Assembly: GCA_951406725.2 (NCBI GenBank)
Contig: OX597817.1
Location: 133,982,001-134,046,000 of the forward strand
From: Octopus vulgaris
Taxonomy: Eukaryota
Reading direction: 5' to 3'
DNA: 64,000 nucleotides
The position numbers were made by a program, and so were the translations under genes. How positions within the stretch are numbered: the stretch's first letter is position 1; every line of letters begins with the position of its first letter. Of this stretch, positions 10,468 through 22,720 are shown piece by piece. The notes beneath the pieces are model-generated. The model saw only the letters and a program-made list of their open reading frames with translations. It did not search any database and was not told the DNA's origin.

Positions 10468-11355
10468 CTATTTCTTTACTACCCACAAGGGGCTAAACAC
10501 AGAAAAGACAAACAAGGACAGACAAACGGACTAAGTCGATTATATCGACCCCATTGTGTAACTGGTACTTATTTAATCGACCCCGAAAGTATGAAAGGCA
10601 AAGTCGTCCTCGGTGGAATTTGAACTCAGAACGTAGCGGCAGACGAAATACCGCTAAGCATTTCGCCGGTGTGCTAACGTTTCTGCCAGCTCGCTGCCTT
10701 GAGTTTACCAACACTGTACTATTGAAAACAACGCGTGATTTGGACCAGCCCATCATGCGTTAAATACTAATAGGGTTGGTTTACTTATTTCTTTATTGCC
10801 CACAAGGGGTTAAACATAGAGTGGACAAACAAGGACAGACAAAGGGATTAAGTCGATTACATCGACCCCAGTGCGTAACTAGTACTTAATTTATCGACTC
10901 CGTAAGGATGGAAGGTAAAGTCGACCTTGGCGGAATTTGAACTCAGAACGTAAATACCTATTTATTTACTACCCACAAGGGGCTAAATACAGAGAGGACA
11001 AACAAGGACAGACAAACGGATTAAGTCGATTATATCGACCGCAGTGTGTAACTGGTGCTTATTTAATCGACCCCGAAAGGATGAAAGGCAAAGTCGACCT
11101 TGGCGGAATTTGAACGTAAAGACAGACGAAATATCTATTTCTTTACTACCCACAAGGGGCTAAACAACGAGATGACAAACAGATTAAGTCGATTATATCG
11201 ACCGCAGTGTGTAACTGGTACTTATTTAATCGACCCTGAAAGGATGAAAGGCATAGTCGACCTCGGCGGAATTTGAACTCAGAACGTAGCGGCAGGCGAA
11301 ATACTGCTAAGCATTTCGCCCGGCGTGCTAACGTTTGTGCCAGCTCGCCGCCTTA
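10468..11355 (-). mobile_element. Tandem/nested array of four SINE family 1 units
   Basis: Repeated tatttctttactacccacaaggggctaaac..gtcgattatatcgacc..ggaatttgaac units start near 10468, 10785, 10958 and 11135. Confidence 0.95.
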
Positions 11356-11674
11356 TGTTTTGTCTGTACACAACTGAAATATCCTATCTGATATTTCGAT
11401 GTTCACCAACCATACTGGTACTACAAAATTAAAAGCATAAACTTGATTGGGTAAAGTTCTACTTCAGACCTTGTTCGTGGTCGTTCGCCACGCTTTCTCC
11501 ATGATCGTTTGCGCTTCGCATTGTTGCAGACGATTTAATTTTCGTCCCCTAATTCGTCGCAAATTCGCATCGAGCTACATCGAAGTATCTAACGCATGCG
11601 CAAAGGACAGGCTGAAGTTAGCTATTTGTTAGAGTGCCTCAAGTTCAGTGTCGACAAACTTTTGGGCCAAATCC

Positions 11675-11775
11675 AAATATGGTACCTTGGGCAAGTGTCT
11701 TCTACTATAGCCTCAGGCCCCACCAAAGCTTTGTTAATGGATTTTTGTAGACGGAAACTGAAAGAAGCTCGTCAA
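11675..11775 (+). mobile_element. SINE family 2 fragment
   Basis: accttgggcaagtgtcttctactatagcctcaggcc..gtagacggaaactgaaagaagc; the same motif is at 13205-13365 (-) and 49475 (+). Confidence 0.8.
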
Positions 11776-12676
11776 GCTAGGGTCTTTGGTTGAATATTCT
11801 GTACTTGGGAAACTTATCTTTAGTATCTCATACTTTAAAAAAATATTTTAAATGTCGTATCATCTGTATAGATATTGACAGTGAGGTTCGTAATGAGAAG
11901 AACATATGAACAATAAATTTTTGTTTTAAAATGAAACGTTGGAAAACAGAAAGCGTCAGATGTGAAGCGAAACCGCACAGGCGCCGCCGGCAAAGCTAGA
12001 TATTTAGAGTTTTAAGGAAAATGATCATCCATTTTTCTTTTCATTCTATATTAAATGTTTTTTTTTTTTTTTCTACAAATCGTCAGTTTAGCAAAACTAT
12101 AGATTCGATAAAACAAAAACCTTGCTACTAAGTACATTCAGGATTTGTCAGTCTAGAATTCAGTGTGTTTATTACACGTGATGAATTAGTTTTTGTTATT
12201 TACTGTTGACTAACACGAATTATATAACTTCGTAAAGGGTTTTGCTTTTTGAACTGTTATCAAAAGAGGTTTTGTTTTTTTTAATATTTGGGGGAACTGA
12301 ATTTAGTCTTGGGCATACCCGGCTGGATTTCAACACCGAACGTAATAAGTAATTTAAAGAGCCTTGCACTCTGCTCTTCCAACCACATTAACACTAAAAT
12401 ACATTACACTGCTAACAACTACATGGACCTGGAATAGATTTTTCTCCTTCTGTTAGTGTCTTGTTATTAACACGGTCGTGGCTGTTAGGATCTTCACCTC
12501 ATCAGTTACACTGCAACCCTTAATGAACCAAAGAATGCATAAGCATTCAATATTCATTTTTTTCCCTCTTCGAAAATACTGGAATTTTTTGTTATTTTGA
12601 TCTTTTGCTTGTTTCAGTCATTAGACTACGGCCATGCTGGAGCACCGCCTTGAATTTTAGTCGAATAAATAGATCT

Positions 12677-12938
12677 TACAGTTCTATATTACAGTTCTAT
12701 ATGCTCACGGGCATATGACGTAGTGGTTAAGAGCGCGGGCTACTAACCACAAGACTCCAAGTTCGATTCCAAGGCAGCGACCTGAATAATAATAATATTG
12801 AAAAATACCTTAGGAATGAGGACCTCGGTTCGAAATTTTCCCCAAGACACCTGATGAAGGCTGATGGGTATATCAGCCGAAACGCTGTGTTAAAAACAAA
12901 CAAGATGAGGACAAATACCCCTCAAATGTAAATAATGA
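12677..12938 (+). mobile_element. One arm of the fold-back element: tRNA-like head, (AAT)n, hammerhead
   Basis: A-box TGACGTAGTGG (12716-12726), B-box GTTCGATTCC (12761-12770), HHR at 12846-12891. Starts with a duplicated tacagttctatat, the reverse complement of the element's other terminus atatagaactgta (47526-47538). Confidence 0.85.
12846..12891 (+). ncRNA. Type I minimal hammerhead ribozyme (U16.1 mutated in this copy)
   Basis: gacac CTGATGA a ggctga-tgggtata-tcagcc GAAAC GCT gtgtt. The sister copy at 47445 has GAAACGTT, which restores the palindromic stem III. Confidence 0.8.
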
Positions 12939-13204
12939 ATCGACCTTAGTGCTTATTTTTTTAAAGACGGATACTTACTCTATCGGTATCTTTTGCCGAA
13001 ACGTTAAGTTACAGTGATGTAAACACACCAACATTGTTATCAAGCGGTGGTGAAGGACACACACACTTTCTTTCTCTCTCTCAGGGTTGGGCAAAAATAG
13101 GTATTTAGTTGCTTAATATGACAGCTTTTTAATGTTTTTTAGGATAAGAATAAAAAAGATTTGCAATGAACTAAGCATATCTCGAAGATGTTTTAGTCGG
13201 CTTG

Positions 13205-13366
13205 ACGGGCTTCTTTCAGTTTCCGTTTACAAAAATCCATTAACAAAGCTTTGGTGGGCCTGAGGCTATAGTAGAAGACACTTGCCCAAGATGACATGCA
13301 GTGGGACAGAACCCGGAAACATGTGGTTGGGAAGCAAGCTTCTTACCACACAGCCACGCCTGCGCC
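13205..13366 (-). mobile_element. SINE family 2 head (tRNA-derived)
   Basis: Reverse complement: gcgcaggcgtggctgtgtggtaagaagcttgcttcccaaccacatgtttccgggttctgtcccactgc..ttgggcaagtgtcttctactatagc. Confidence 0.85.
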
Positions 13367-14164
13367 TATCCTCGCCTGTATTATGAATATGAAAAGTAAT
13401 TTGAAATTCCAGAACATTTCTTTTCGCATTAATTGATTTTACATAAATATAAGATGTTGGAATATTAAATGTATTTCTGCAAAATACATCTAATATTTCA
13501 GACAACTATAACGGAATAGGTTGTTTTCATTTTTGTTTAAAATACTTATCTTTTTATCTCCAGTCTCAGCTCTGGTGGAGTCAAACCTTAATCAGATTTT
13601 ACCCGGTATTTAAAAATTTTTTTTTATAGAAATATTAACTACACAACGGAATGTTTTGTGTCACAAATGTAGAAAGAATCTATGCAGTCACTTGGTCTGC
13701 TAGAAATAGTAGTCATATTTACATCATGGTGTCTAAACCGGTGGTTCTCAAATTGATAAATACCAGCTTCATCATACAGAAACAATGCTAGAATATGTTT
13801 TGTTCCTCTTTACAGATGGTGTGTATCATACAATTCTTTCTTCTTGGTATTGGACAAGTTTCGAAAGTTTCGAACCCAATTAATTTAAGCCATTTCCATT
13901 AAAATACAATATTGTAAAGAATCTAGTTCAATCTCACCAGTAAGACATTTGCTGAATTTTGCAAGTCTAAGCAAGTATGTGTTGTTGTGGAACATTAAAG
14001 CCCCATCCACTCCGAATAAAGCCTTTCCATGAAAACTAGTTGGTTTTTTTTCAGAGTATATGGAAGCGATTACATATTTTGCAACATAATGAATTAGCCC
14101 TTGAATACTGACAATAGTAATCCTTATAAATTTTGGCACAAGGCTAGCAATTTTAAGGGAGCGT

Positions 14165-14300
14165 TCTGCGTTCAAATTCTGCCGTGGTCCACTTTCCCAT
14201 TCATCCTTTCAGGGTCGATAAAATAAGTACCAGTCGAACACTGGGGTCGACGTAATCGACTTATCCCCTCCCCCAAAATTGCTGGCCTTGTGCAAAATTT
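14165..14300 (+). mobile_element. SINE family 1 fragment
   Basis: Contains gttcaaattctgccg..tcatcctttcagggtcgataaaataagtaccag..ctggggtcgacgtaatcgac. Confidence 0.85.
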
Positions 14301-15959
14301 TCTAACAACAACGGCTTCCCTTATGTCATTAGTGGAGAATCAATTTTCTATTAATTAGTGTAATGCAATCATCGGTCGTTTTCATTTTTACAAAATATTC
14401 TTCCTTTTCAGATGTTAACAATTCCAATCATAAGGAATTCTGCTTCAATCTTTTGCAACCTGTTGCAACCATTCTTAAGTCGTTCAACCCAATTTTTATG
14501 CGTTTTAAACTGTTTGAACCGATTTTTAAAGTGAACCGACTGTGAATTTATTTTCAACTTAATCCGATTAAAATACAGCTTTCATCATGCGCTTTCCGGC
14601 TTTTTACATTTTTTAAATAGAAACTGATGTTTCGGATTTAAACCATTTCGAATCACTTCTAATTAGTTATTTAAGTACATACTTGCTTCTTTTTTTTTCT
14701 CGTGTTATTTTGTAGAATTAAGATTCTCAAAGAATTTGAACAGGGTTCACCTGGTTCAATCCAGTCGTAACTGGTTCGCAACATTTAAAGCCGTTTCACA
14801 CCAATGTTCATTTGTTCCCGTTGCCGTCTTATTAGTGTAATGTGTTACGATTTATTTCCTTTTAAATTAGAAATATTGCACTGGAATGATCCGGTCTGTG
14901 TCAATTATATATTGTTTAAAATAGATTAGGATAAAATTATCTCATGGTAGCTTCAAGAATAATCAGAAATAGCGCAAATAAAATTACAAATAACACGATA
15001 AAAATTATCAAAAAGAATATAACTGATTTATGTCCCCAACATTATCAGTGGTCGAATGAGGGGTTAATGAAGGGGACGTTTTTGTCCTGATTTTCATCTA
15101 CAGTGCTGGAGTATTCTTTACACAACTTAACAATCCTTTTCTTTTCCAGCTTCACTATCAAATATACCAGAGAAGGTTTAACTCATCAAAAATATGGGTT
15201 ACCATTATAACGAAGTGCTTTTCAACGATGATTTATAAAAATGGAGAGGGAGTAAATAATAAAACAAAATATTTAGGTGATGGGGCGAAAACGAATGGGG
15301 TTAGATTGTTCAGTGTCTCCTAATTGGTCAAAAACAAGTCTTATATACCAGCAAAAACTGTGTTGCCCAGTATAGTTTCCAGTCTGTGAGTGTGCGCGGG
15401 CGCGTCCCAAGAACGTGAACCATCCTCTACCATTACGTGGCCACTGGAGTTACTAGAAATGGCAGCCTCGTATCCATGAAGTTAAAATTGAAACAATTGG
15501 ATGGTAGATATAAACCTAGATAAAATGTTTCAAGTTGAAAACGCGCAGTGGTCACGTTTGGAATCTCTGATCATAGATTTATTTGATCAGCTGACGTGGA
15601 ACAATCAACAAAGTAAGTAGATATGAAATACAACATGATCATCAGGTGCGACTAAGGAAAGAACCATCATCGCTACGATAGTAGCAGATGCCAGTGTCTG
15701 ATTGTAACAGTAATAACAACAACAACGTTTGATCAAATAAGAATAGTAACAACAACAATACATAGAACAGACAAGAGGCTGCAACAACAGCAACAAAACG
15801 GATCAAAGAGTCAATTTGTGATGTGATGAATATAGCAGCCATATCTAAAATAAGACGTTTTATTAATAAAGGAAGGACAATTTGTAAAGTGTAGTCTTTT
15901 ATATGGTGGTGCAGAAAGCATGAAACGGTCACGCTTGAAAGGCTTTCTATTAAGATTTT

Positions 15960-17410
15960 GCTTAATTATGGTTGTCCCGAGGTGAAACAAATGTCCCAGC
16001 CAGAGAAGCCAGCAGCATTGCCACACGTAATTAGCATTACTCTGTCCTTCTGTGCCTTAGATTCTGGGGCTTCGGCGTCGTCCTTCATGATGTACGTTCT
16101 TGAAGGTATCTTCTTCCACATCAAGCTAGTCTCGTCCATACTGAAAACCTGTTCCAGTTTGTATCCATTGTCCTCGATGGTCTGCTTGAAGGTCTCGTGG
16201 TACTTCGCGGTGGCTTCTTTATCGGCTGATGCTGTCTCTCCATGCAGGGAAACACACTTTATATTAAACTGTTTCTGGAAATGGTCAAACCATTCCTTGC
16301 TGGTTTGAAAATCTTCGTGCTCCAATGCTGTCAATGGTCTTGGTTGCGGTTTTTCAGTGCCTTCAGCTCCGTCACTTCTGAACTGCTGGAATAAATTCCG
16401 TGCTTTCTTGTGGATGATGTTACAGCTCAGGGGGATGTTTTTCTTCTTGCAGTCACTGATCCACATGATCCACTGATCCACAATGCCAAGGCAGATTTCA
16501 TCCTGACGAAGTGCTTATTTCTCGTTATCGTTATGTTTTTGGCACTTTCACAACCACCTCGTTCTTCTTTAAGTAGCGTATGAGGCTTTCATTGACATCA
16601 TAATAGCTACCTCCGGCAGCATAACTTTTACCTTCATGGAACATATCTAGCACTTTCTCGTGGAGCGTTATAACCTTTTTTATGGCGCTTGGCTTCACTG
16701 CTAGAAGCCTTAGGTGTAGGGCGTTCGGGTGGCATTTTAGGGCTTTAATAACTCGCTGTGAAAAACGGAGCCCTCAACAAAACACTGGAGACAGCTACTG
16801 AAGGCAGGTTTTCCAAAAGAAAATCTACAAAAAAAATCTTCATATTGCGTCTGATATGCGTATACGACCAATGGAAAATTGAGCAGAGGTTAAAAGTAAT
16901 CATGGTCTTGAAACATTTAGTTTGTATTATCCCTACGTACAGTAAGAGAGAGAGAGGTGTGTGTGGGGGGGAGCAAGTAACCTAGTTTCAAAGAGGTTAT
17001 ATATTGGCTCACGACCTTAATTATTCTGGTGAAATAAGCAATGTGGAGAATCAAATGTAGCGATGATTTTAAAAAACCCCCCAAAAAACGTGCGTAAGAT
17101 ATCGCTATATTAAGCAAGCTTTGATTGAAAGCAGGAATGAGATACAAGATAGTGTATTTGTATATATAAAAAAAACAATCAAGCGACGTGACGCACAGCT
17201 ATTCTAATCAGAAGGACCTTCAGCTGCGAAAGGGCGTCCAGTCAACCGGCAAATACGGTATATTTTTATTAATAATTTAGCCTTAAAAAGTATATATTGC
17301 CACGAAAAAAAAAAATCCATGAAAAATCGCGGATGATATTTATGATTCCGCGAATATTCGGTTGTTTCCGCGAACAATTATTAGTTCCGCGAATAAGCAG
17401 GGGTACACTG
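15960..17410 (-). mobile_element. Tigger/pogo-family DNA transposon, 5' part (transposase pseudogene)
   Basis: ATG at 16735 (MPPERPTPKASSSEAKR..VITLHEK). CENP-B HTH and DDE start in ORF 15966-16481 (WISDCKKKNIPLS, SKEWFDHF, LHGETASAD, QVFSMDETSLMWKKIPSRTYI, KDRVMLITCGNAAG). Terminus TA-CAGTGTACCCCTGCTTATTCGCGG at 17410 with three ttccgcgaa subterminal repeats. The 3' half is missing. Confidence 0.92.
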
Positions 17411-17774
17411 TATTTCACAAAGTGTGTGTGAAGCTTCGTTGGACGGACTGCCTCTACTTTGGGATGCGATATTTCAACTTGTCATTCGGTTAAACGTCGC
17501 GCCTTGCCCTCGTATACCTTTAAAAGGTTCCACTACTTTGTGAGTAGACGAGCTTTGATTTCAAGGAGAAACCGAGATTTTCATCTTTCTTCTGGTCTAC
17601 TTAGGAGTCCGGTACATATTCCATGTCTTTGTTCTTTCTATTTGCCATTTGGTAATTGTAACAAAGCCTCCAGAGGTGGAGACAGTTAAAATGCATCAAG
17701 AGGTTATGTTGTATGGTATTTGATATAATCTCTCTCTCACTCACTCACTCACTCACAGGCTCTCTCTCTCTTAT

Positions 17775-18280
17775 CAGATAAATTCATTCGTTTTTATTTT
17801 CATTTATTTTAAGCATCAGCAATTTTAACAAATCAGTGTTCTCTCCCATTGTAGACCGATTGTAGACGAATCCCTGCCAGCATTCTCCTTAGCATGTCAC
17901 TGTCTTAAAGGAAGGAATCATTGGGTCTTCAGTCGAAGTGATTCGCCGAGGCAAAAGTTTCAAGTCCACGTCGTTGTTGATGGAAATATTTCTTAAACTG
18001 ATGGAAAGTGACTGGGCAGATGTGATAATGTGAAGACGCTGTGTCAGGAGCATACGGTGGATATGCGGTAGAACCCCCCCCCCCATCAGAGGCTCTTGAA
18101 TAGCATTGTTTTTCAAATTAGCGAAGTGGGGACGATGTTGCCGAATTGAACAAGCATGCTGTTTCGTCGAACGTTTCGTTTCAGCAGGATAGCCTCGTGT
18201 CCAGCTGGAGCATTTTCTGTCTCTGCATTGACCTGTGACTGTTTTCAAGAGTTTTCGTTGTAGCTTAGCCATTTCCATTC
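17775..18280 (-). mobile_element. Decayed mariner transposase 3' fragment
   Basis: RPHFAN..IQE..VLPH followed, after a frameshift, by PPYAPDTASSHYH, matching mariner RPH..WEVLPHPPYSPDLAPSDYH. Confidence 0.75.
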
Positions 18281-18308
18281 ATAACAAACGCAGGTGATGC
18301 ACGAAATG

Positions 18309-18357
18309 TTGCCACTGAACAGGTCGCGGTCTCAAATCGACGAAAATATTTTGTCAA
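18309..18357 (+). ncRNA. Variant type I hammerhead-like motif
   Basis: ttgcca CTGAACA g gtcg-cggtctcaaat-cgac GAA AATATT T tgtcaa. All three stems form and stem III is palindromic; core position 8 is C. Confidence 0.55.
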
Positions 18358-19334
18358 ATTAAATTTAAATGTTGATGTGAATCTAACGGTTTTTGTGTGT
18401 TTCTTTAAATGGCTTATAAACACTTTCCACGCTACGATTGTCTTATTAGAGAACTGTGTTTAAACAATTCCGTTGCCTAATCGCAACTGCAATGAGAGTG
18501 ACCAGGTCGCAGAAAAGTTTTAACAATTACATCCAATACAATTAATTCAACGAGGGTGAGCATAACTGGGTTTGTAGGTTTGTGTGTTCATAAATGGCCC
18601 AAACAATTCTTCTATCCGTTGATAGTCATTATATGATTAGCCATCTAAATATTTATTCATCCAGACGTAACGGTGCTTACTTTTCGGTGAGAACACAGAT
18701 GTTCAAATATTTCTACTGTATGACATTATGAATATTAACATACGCGTGCGCGCGTGTGTGTGTGTGTGTGTGTGTGTGTCTGTCTGTGTGAAGTCAGCAG
18801 TTTTTATGAGGATTGTGAAAAATTTTAATTTCTCAATATCTTTTAATGATAATCAATAAGTAGACGATGATTTTAATTTTAATGTTTCCTCCTTTAATAT
18901 TTCATATTTCCTGTTTCTTTGTGGTGTATCTATCTATGTATGTGTTTGTATGTGCATGTATATATGTATATGTATACACACACACTGCGTATATCTGCGT
19001 ATGTAAACACACATACACACAAGTGGGGGGAGAGAGAGTAAGATTCACATCGCTAACATAGCCTCGTCAAAGCCGTATACATTAAATATTTTATAAACGA
19101 TGTCGTGTGGCTGACAGCTGGATGTGTTTTAAAAAGAAACTCAATAATTCCTGCTTGTCGGAATGTCTTCATGTTCAGCCATCGTTTAAAGTCAACGAAT
19201 GCAATTTATAATTTGCAAACGAAGCTTTGCCTGTTGTTAATATCTGGTCTCATGCAGGTCTGTTATGGTTCTGTGTACACATAGTTTAAGATTATACGAA
19301 ATGTTGTTGTCTCTTCTATCATGGAAGAGTCATT

Positions 19335-19560
19335 AAGCGCAGAAACGTTAAGCACGACGGGCGAAATGCTTTGCGGTATTTCGTCTGCCGTTACGTTCTG
19401 AGTTCAAATTCCGCCGAGATCGCCTTTGCCTTTCATCCTTTCGGGGTCGATAAATTAAGTAGCAGTTACGCACTGGGGTCGATGTTATCGACTTAATCCC
19501 TTTGTCTGTCCTTGTTTGTCCCCTCTGTGTTTAGCCCCTTGTGGGTAGTAAAGAAATAGA
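19335..19560 (+). mobile_element. SINE family 1, near full length with long tail
   Basis: Reads gcagaaacgtt..gttctgagttcaaattccgccgag..gccccttgtgggtagtaaagaaata. Confidence 0.92.
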
Positions 19561-19574
19561 ATACACGCGCTGGT

Positions 19575-19910
19575 TCTAAGGGTAGAGAGGGATGTGTTGT
19601 CTTCTAGCCAGTTTGCTAAAAGGTGGATGAAAGTGGGGAGAACGGTGCGAGTGAACGGCCTGCCCTAAGCATGCCCTTGTAGTTGGAGAAAGGCACCTGT
19701 CCTCCAAAGTCGGGGTACCCATGGTTTTCTCGAACGTCTCCTTACTATTGAGGATTACACATTGTTTTTCCCCCCCTTGAGTTAATCTTGTTTCCACGCA
19801 GAACCCTCACAACACACACACACACACACACACACACATTCTTTGTTTTGTCCTGTACTGTTCATAATGTCTGTTTTAATGTAAATCCTTTGTTGTAAAT
19901 AAAGAAATCA
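19575..19910 (+). mobile_element. Tx1/L1-like LINE 3' end
   Basis: LRVERDVLSSSQFAKRWMKVGRTVRVNG is homologous to the ORF end of 56637-57420 (IRPEK.CLLHNMYTKRWKSVGSMLCLTG). Ends in aataaagaaat. Confidence 0.65.
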
Positions 19911-19918
19911 TTTTTATT

Positions 19919-20350
19919 AAGGCGACGAGCTGGCAGAAACGTTAGCACGCCGGGTGAGATGCATAGTGGTATTTCACCCATCGCTACGTTTTTAATTCAA
20001 ATTCCGCCGAGGTCGACTTTGCCTTTTTTCTTTTCGGTGGTTGATGTAATCGACTATCCCCCTCCCTTAAAATATCGCGCCCGGCGCCTATAGTGGAAAG
20101 GATTATTATTATTATTATTAAGGCTGCAAGCTGGCAGAATCGTTAGCACACCGGCCAAAATGCTTAACTGCATTTCGTCCGTCTTTACGTTCTGCGTTCA
20201 AATACCGCCAAGGTCGACTTTGCCTTTCAGCCTTTTAGTGGTCGTTTAAATAGGTACCAGTTACGCACTGAGGTCGATGTAATCGTCTTAATCCCTTCCC
20301 CTAAGCTGCCCTTGTGGCAAAAATTTGAAATTATTATTATTATTATTATT
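19919..20350 (+). mobile_element. Two tandem SINE family 1 copies with (ATT)n tails
   Basis: Starts aaggcgacgagctggcagaaacgttagc at 19919 and aaggctgcaagctggcagaatcgttagc at 20120. Confidence 0.9.
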
Positions 20351-21404
20351 CAACATTAACCAATTAACTAAACGATTGTATGATTAGTTTTTCGCTCAAA
20401 ACAAAATAGTCAATCAGTTGAGTTCGGAGCCACCACATTTCACTGCGGATTTCGATCCTTCGTTGGAAAATTTCCGCACATTCTCTGTCCCCCATTTGTT
20501 CTTGGTTTCTCGAAACATTTGAAAGGATGAAATCTAAAGTACTTGGTGGTGGGATGTGAATTGAGTGCAAACACGGATACAAATGCCTAAAACCATTGTA
20601 TCCAGCGCCCGGTATCACTCTGCCAATTCTCCTTGTTTCCGTCCACCCAAATTCACTCATGGCTTGGATTGTCTCGAGGCAATGGTAAAATAAGTTTCCC
20701 AAGATGGTACCCACTGCGATCAAACTCCGAATCATTACTGCAAAGCTACATTTGCAACCATTCGGCTACACTATAATACATTCTGGGATTGCATATATAT
20801 GTACACGCACGTATACAGACATACATATGTCCATACGCTCGCAAGCTCACAGAAAACACCTGTGTGCGAGTATGTGTGTGTGTACTATATATGTATGTGC
20901 GTGTGTGTGTGTACTATATATTTGTACTATATGTATGTATATATATATATATGAGTGAGAGAAAGAGATGCGCATACACTTACTTCTGCACGTGTAGACA
21001 ATATATTTTATAGTGATAATGGTGAAACGCACACTTAACAATCCCATTCGGCCCACCACCACCAACACACGTATTCCCGCTACTTTAATTACATCCAAAT
21101 GAAGAGCTTGTACAGTCCAACACTTAATGCCATCGAGCCATCCCCAAAGGATTAGCATAAAAATGTGGAATAAGTGGAACACACGTTCTGAAATCTCCTA
21201 ATAATCCCTTTCATTGGTGCTTACCTGCAGTTTTACCGATTCAAAGTGAGTTTCGTGACGTCAGCCTTACGTATGGCCTTAATCGAAATTATTGATCTCT
21301 AAAGCTCGGTTAGATTTTTATTGGCAGCGATCTGTGGAGTTGAATGGTGTTGCGAGATTTTAAAATCGACAGGTGTCGCTTCGATAGGCCTAACGAACAA
21401 ACTC

Positions 21405-21625
21405 TTTCTCTCTTTTTCTTCAACTCATTTTCTCTCTCCCCTATCTCTTTCTCTCCCCTCTCCTTTTCCCTTTCTCCCTCTCTCTTTCTACTCATCTCCT
21501 TTTCCCCATCTCTTTTTCCCTCTCTTTTTCCCCATCTCTTTCACCCCTCTTTCTCCCCCACCTCTTTCTCCCCCACCTCTTTCTCCCCCACCTCTTTCTC
21601 CCCCATCTCTTTCTCCCCCCTCTCT
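21405..21625 (+). repeat. Polypyrimidine tract with a 15-bp unit (tctttctcccccacc)
   Basis: Visible tandem repeat. Confidence 0.85.
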
Positions 21626-22353
21626 TGCTTGTTAAACCCCGGCATGGCTGTAGTCAAATGACGAAGACAAGAGGTAAAAGATAAAAACCATGACCTCTAT
21701 ATACTTTCTCCCCCACCTTTCTCCTTCACCTCTTTCTCCCCATCTCTTCCCCCACCCTCTTTCTCCCTCCCCATCTTTCTCCACTCTCTTTCCACCATTT
21801 TACTACCCCTATCCCCTCTCTCTACTCCTTTACTTTTACACTCTCATATCTTTCTCTGTCACCCATCACCCCCCCCCATTCCTTCTATCTGACACTCCTT
21901 TACTCTTTACCCTATCATCTTTTTGCACTCTCTATCACCCTCACCTCCGCATTCCTTCTATCAATTTATCCTGACTGACCACTAAGTAGACTTTCCCTTT
22001 CTTCATCTCTTTACTATCTCGCTCCCCGCTTTTCTTTTTTCCTTCCTTTGTTCCTATTTTCCTTTTTTCGATTTGACCTTACAAGTACATTCCCAACTTT
22101 AAGTCATTTAAAAAAAACCCTCGATTCAATAACACCGTGTACAAACTCTATACTTGGAATGACCAATTTTAAATACTATTGGAACTTACTGACTCACAAG
22201 GTACTGGAATCTTATATGTATACCATTCTGCCTAAATAATGAGTCTACAGATGCAATATCCCTGCATATCTCACATCTATTTTCATTCCTCCACTTCATA
22301 CTCTATTTCACATCCTATCTAGAAAAACTATTGCTTAACCATTTTCTCACACC

Positions 22354-22399
22354 GTCTCCGATGCAGGGATATAAAATATCCCGGAAACATATGTAAGAC
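22354..22399 (+). ncRNA. Degenerate type I minimal hammerhead
   Basis: gtct CCGATGC a gggatat-aaa-atatccc g GAAAC ATAT GTA agac. Stems I, II and III are perfect (III palindromic ACATATGT); there are two core changes. Confidence 0.7.
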
Positions 22400-22461
22400 C
22401 TACTTAGAAATGTTCTAAAAGCTTTCACAGTCTTGGATTTTTATTTCATTTTCAAAACATT

Positions 22462-22509
<48 letters not shown>

Positions 22510-22645
22510 GCTGATACATGACCTACGTTGGACTCCTCATTCACGTAATCACCTAACCTGGAGCTTAACTATAATGTGTCCATTGCACTTACTCAGCATT
22601 ATCTGACACCTTTGGGTCTTATTGACATGATTACCTCTCATATGC

Positions 22646-22720
<75 letters not shown>

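Larger units (their letters stand above)
12602..13055 (-). mobile_element. SINE family 2 3' part, interrupted by the tRNA/HHR element
   Basis: ttgtttcagtcatt..ggccatgctggagcaccgccttga and ctatcggtatcttttgccgaa..acaccaac are the reverse complement of 49575-49770. Confidence 0.75.

Noticed and set aside
10468-11355. Regularly repeated units resembling a CRISPR array
   Set aside because: The units are whole SINE bodies without unique spacers, the context is eukaryotic, and there are no cas genes.
12709-12783. tRNA gene (ACT anticodon-like loop)
   Set aside because: The acceptor and T stems are poorly paired and it is embedded in a repeated element, so it is treated as a SINE-type head.
17889-18278. 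ORF containing GGGVLPHIH, resembling the histone H2A/H2A.Z C-terminus
   Set aside because: No histone fold upstream. The next frame gives PPYAPD..HYH, so it is mariner WEVLPHPPYSPD with an expanded G-run.
20364-20735. 123-aa minus-strand ORF
   Set aside because: The nucleotide sequence is a decayed composite of SINE families 2 and 1, with no protein motif.
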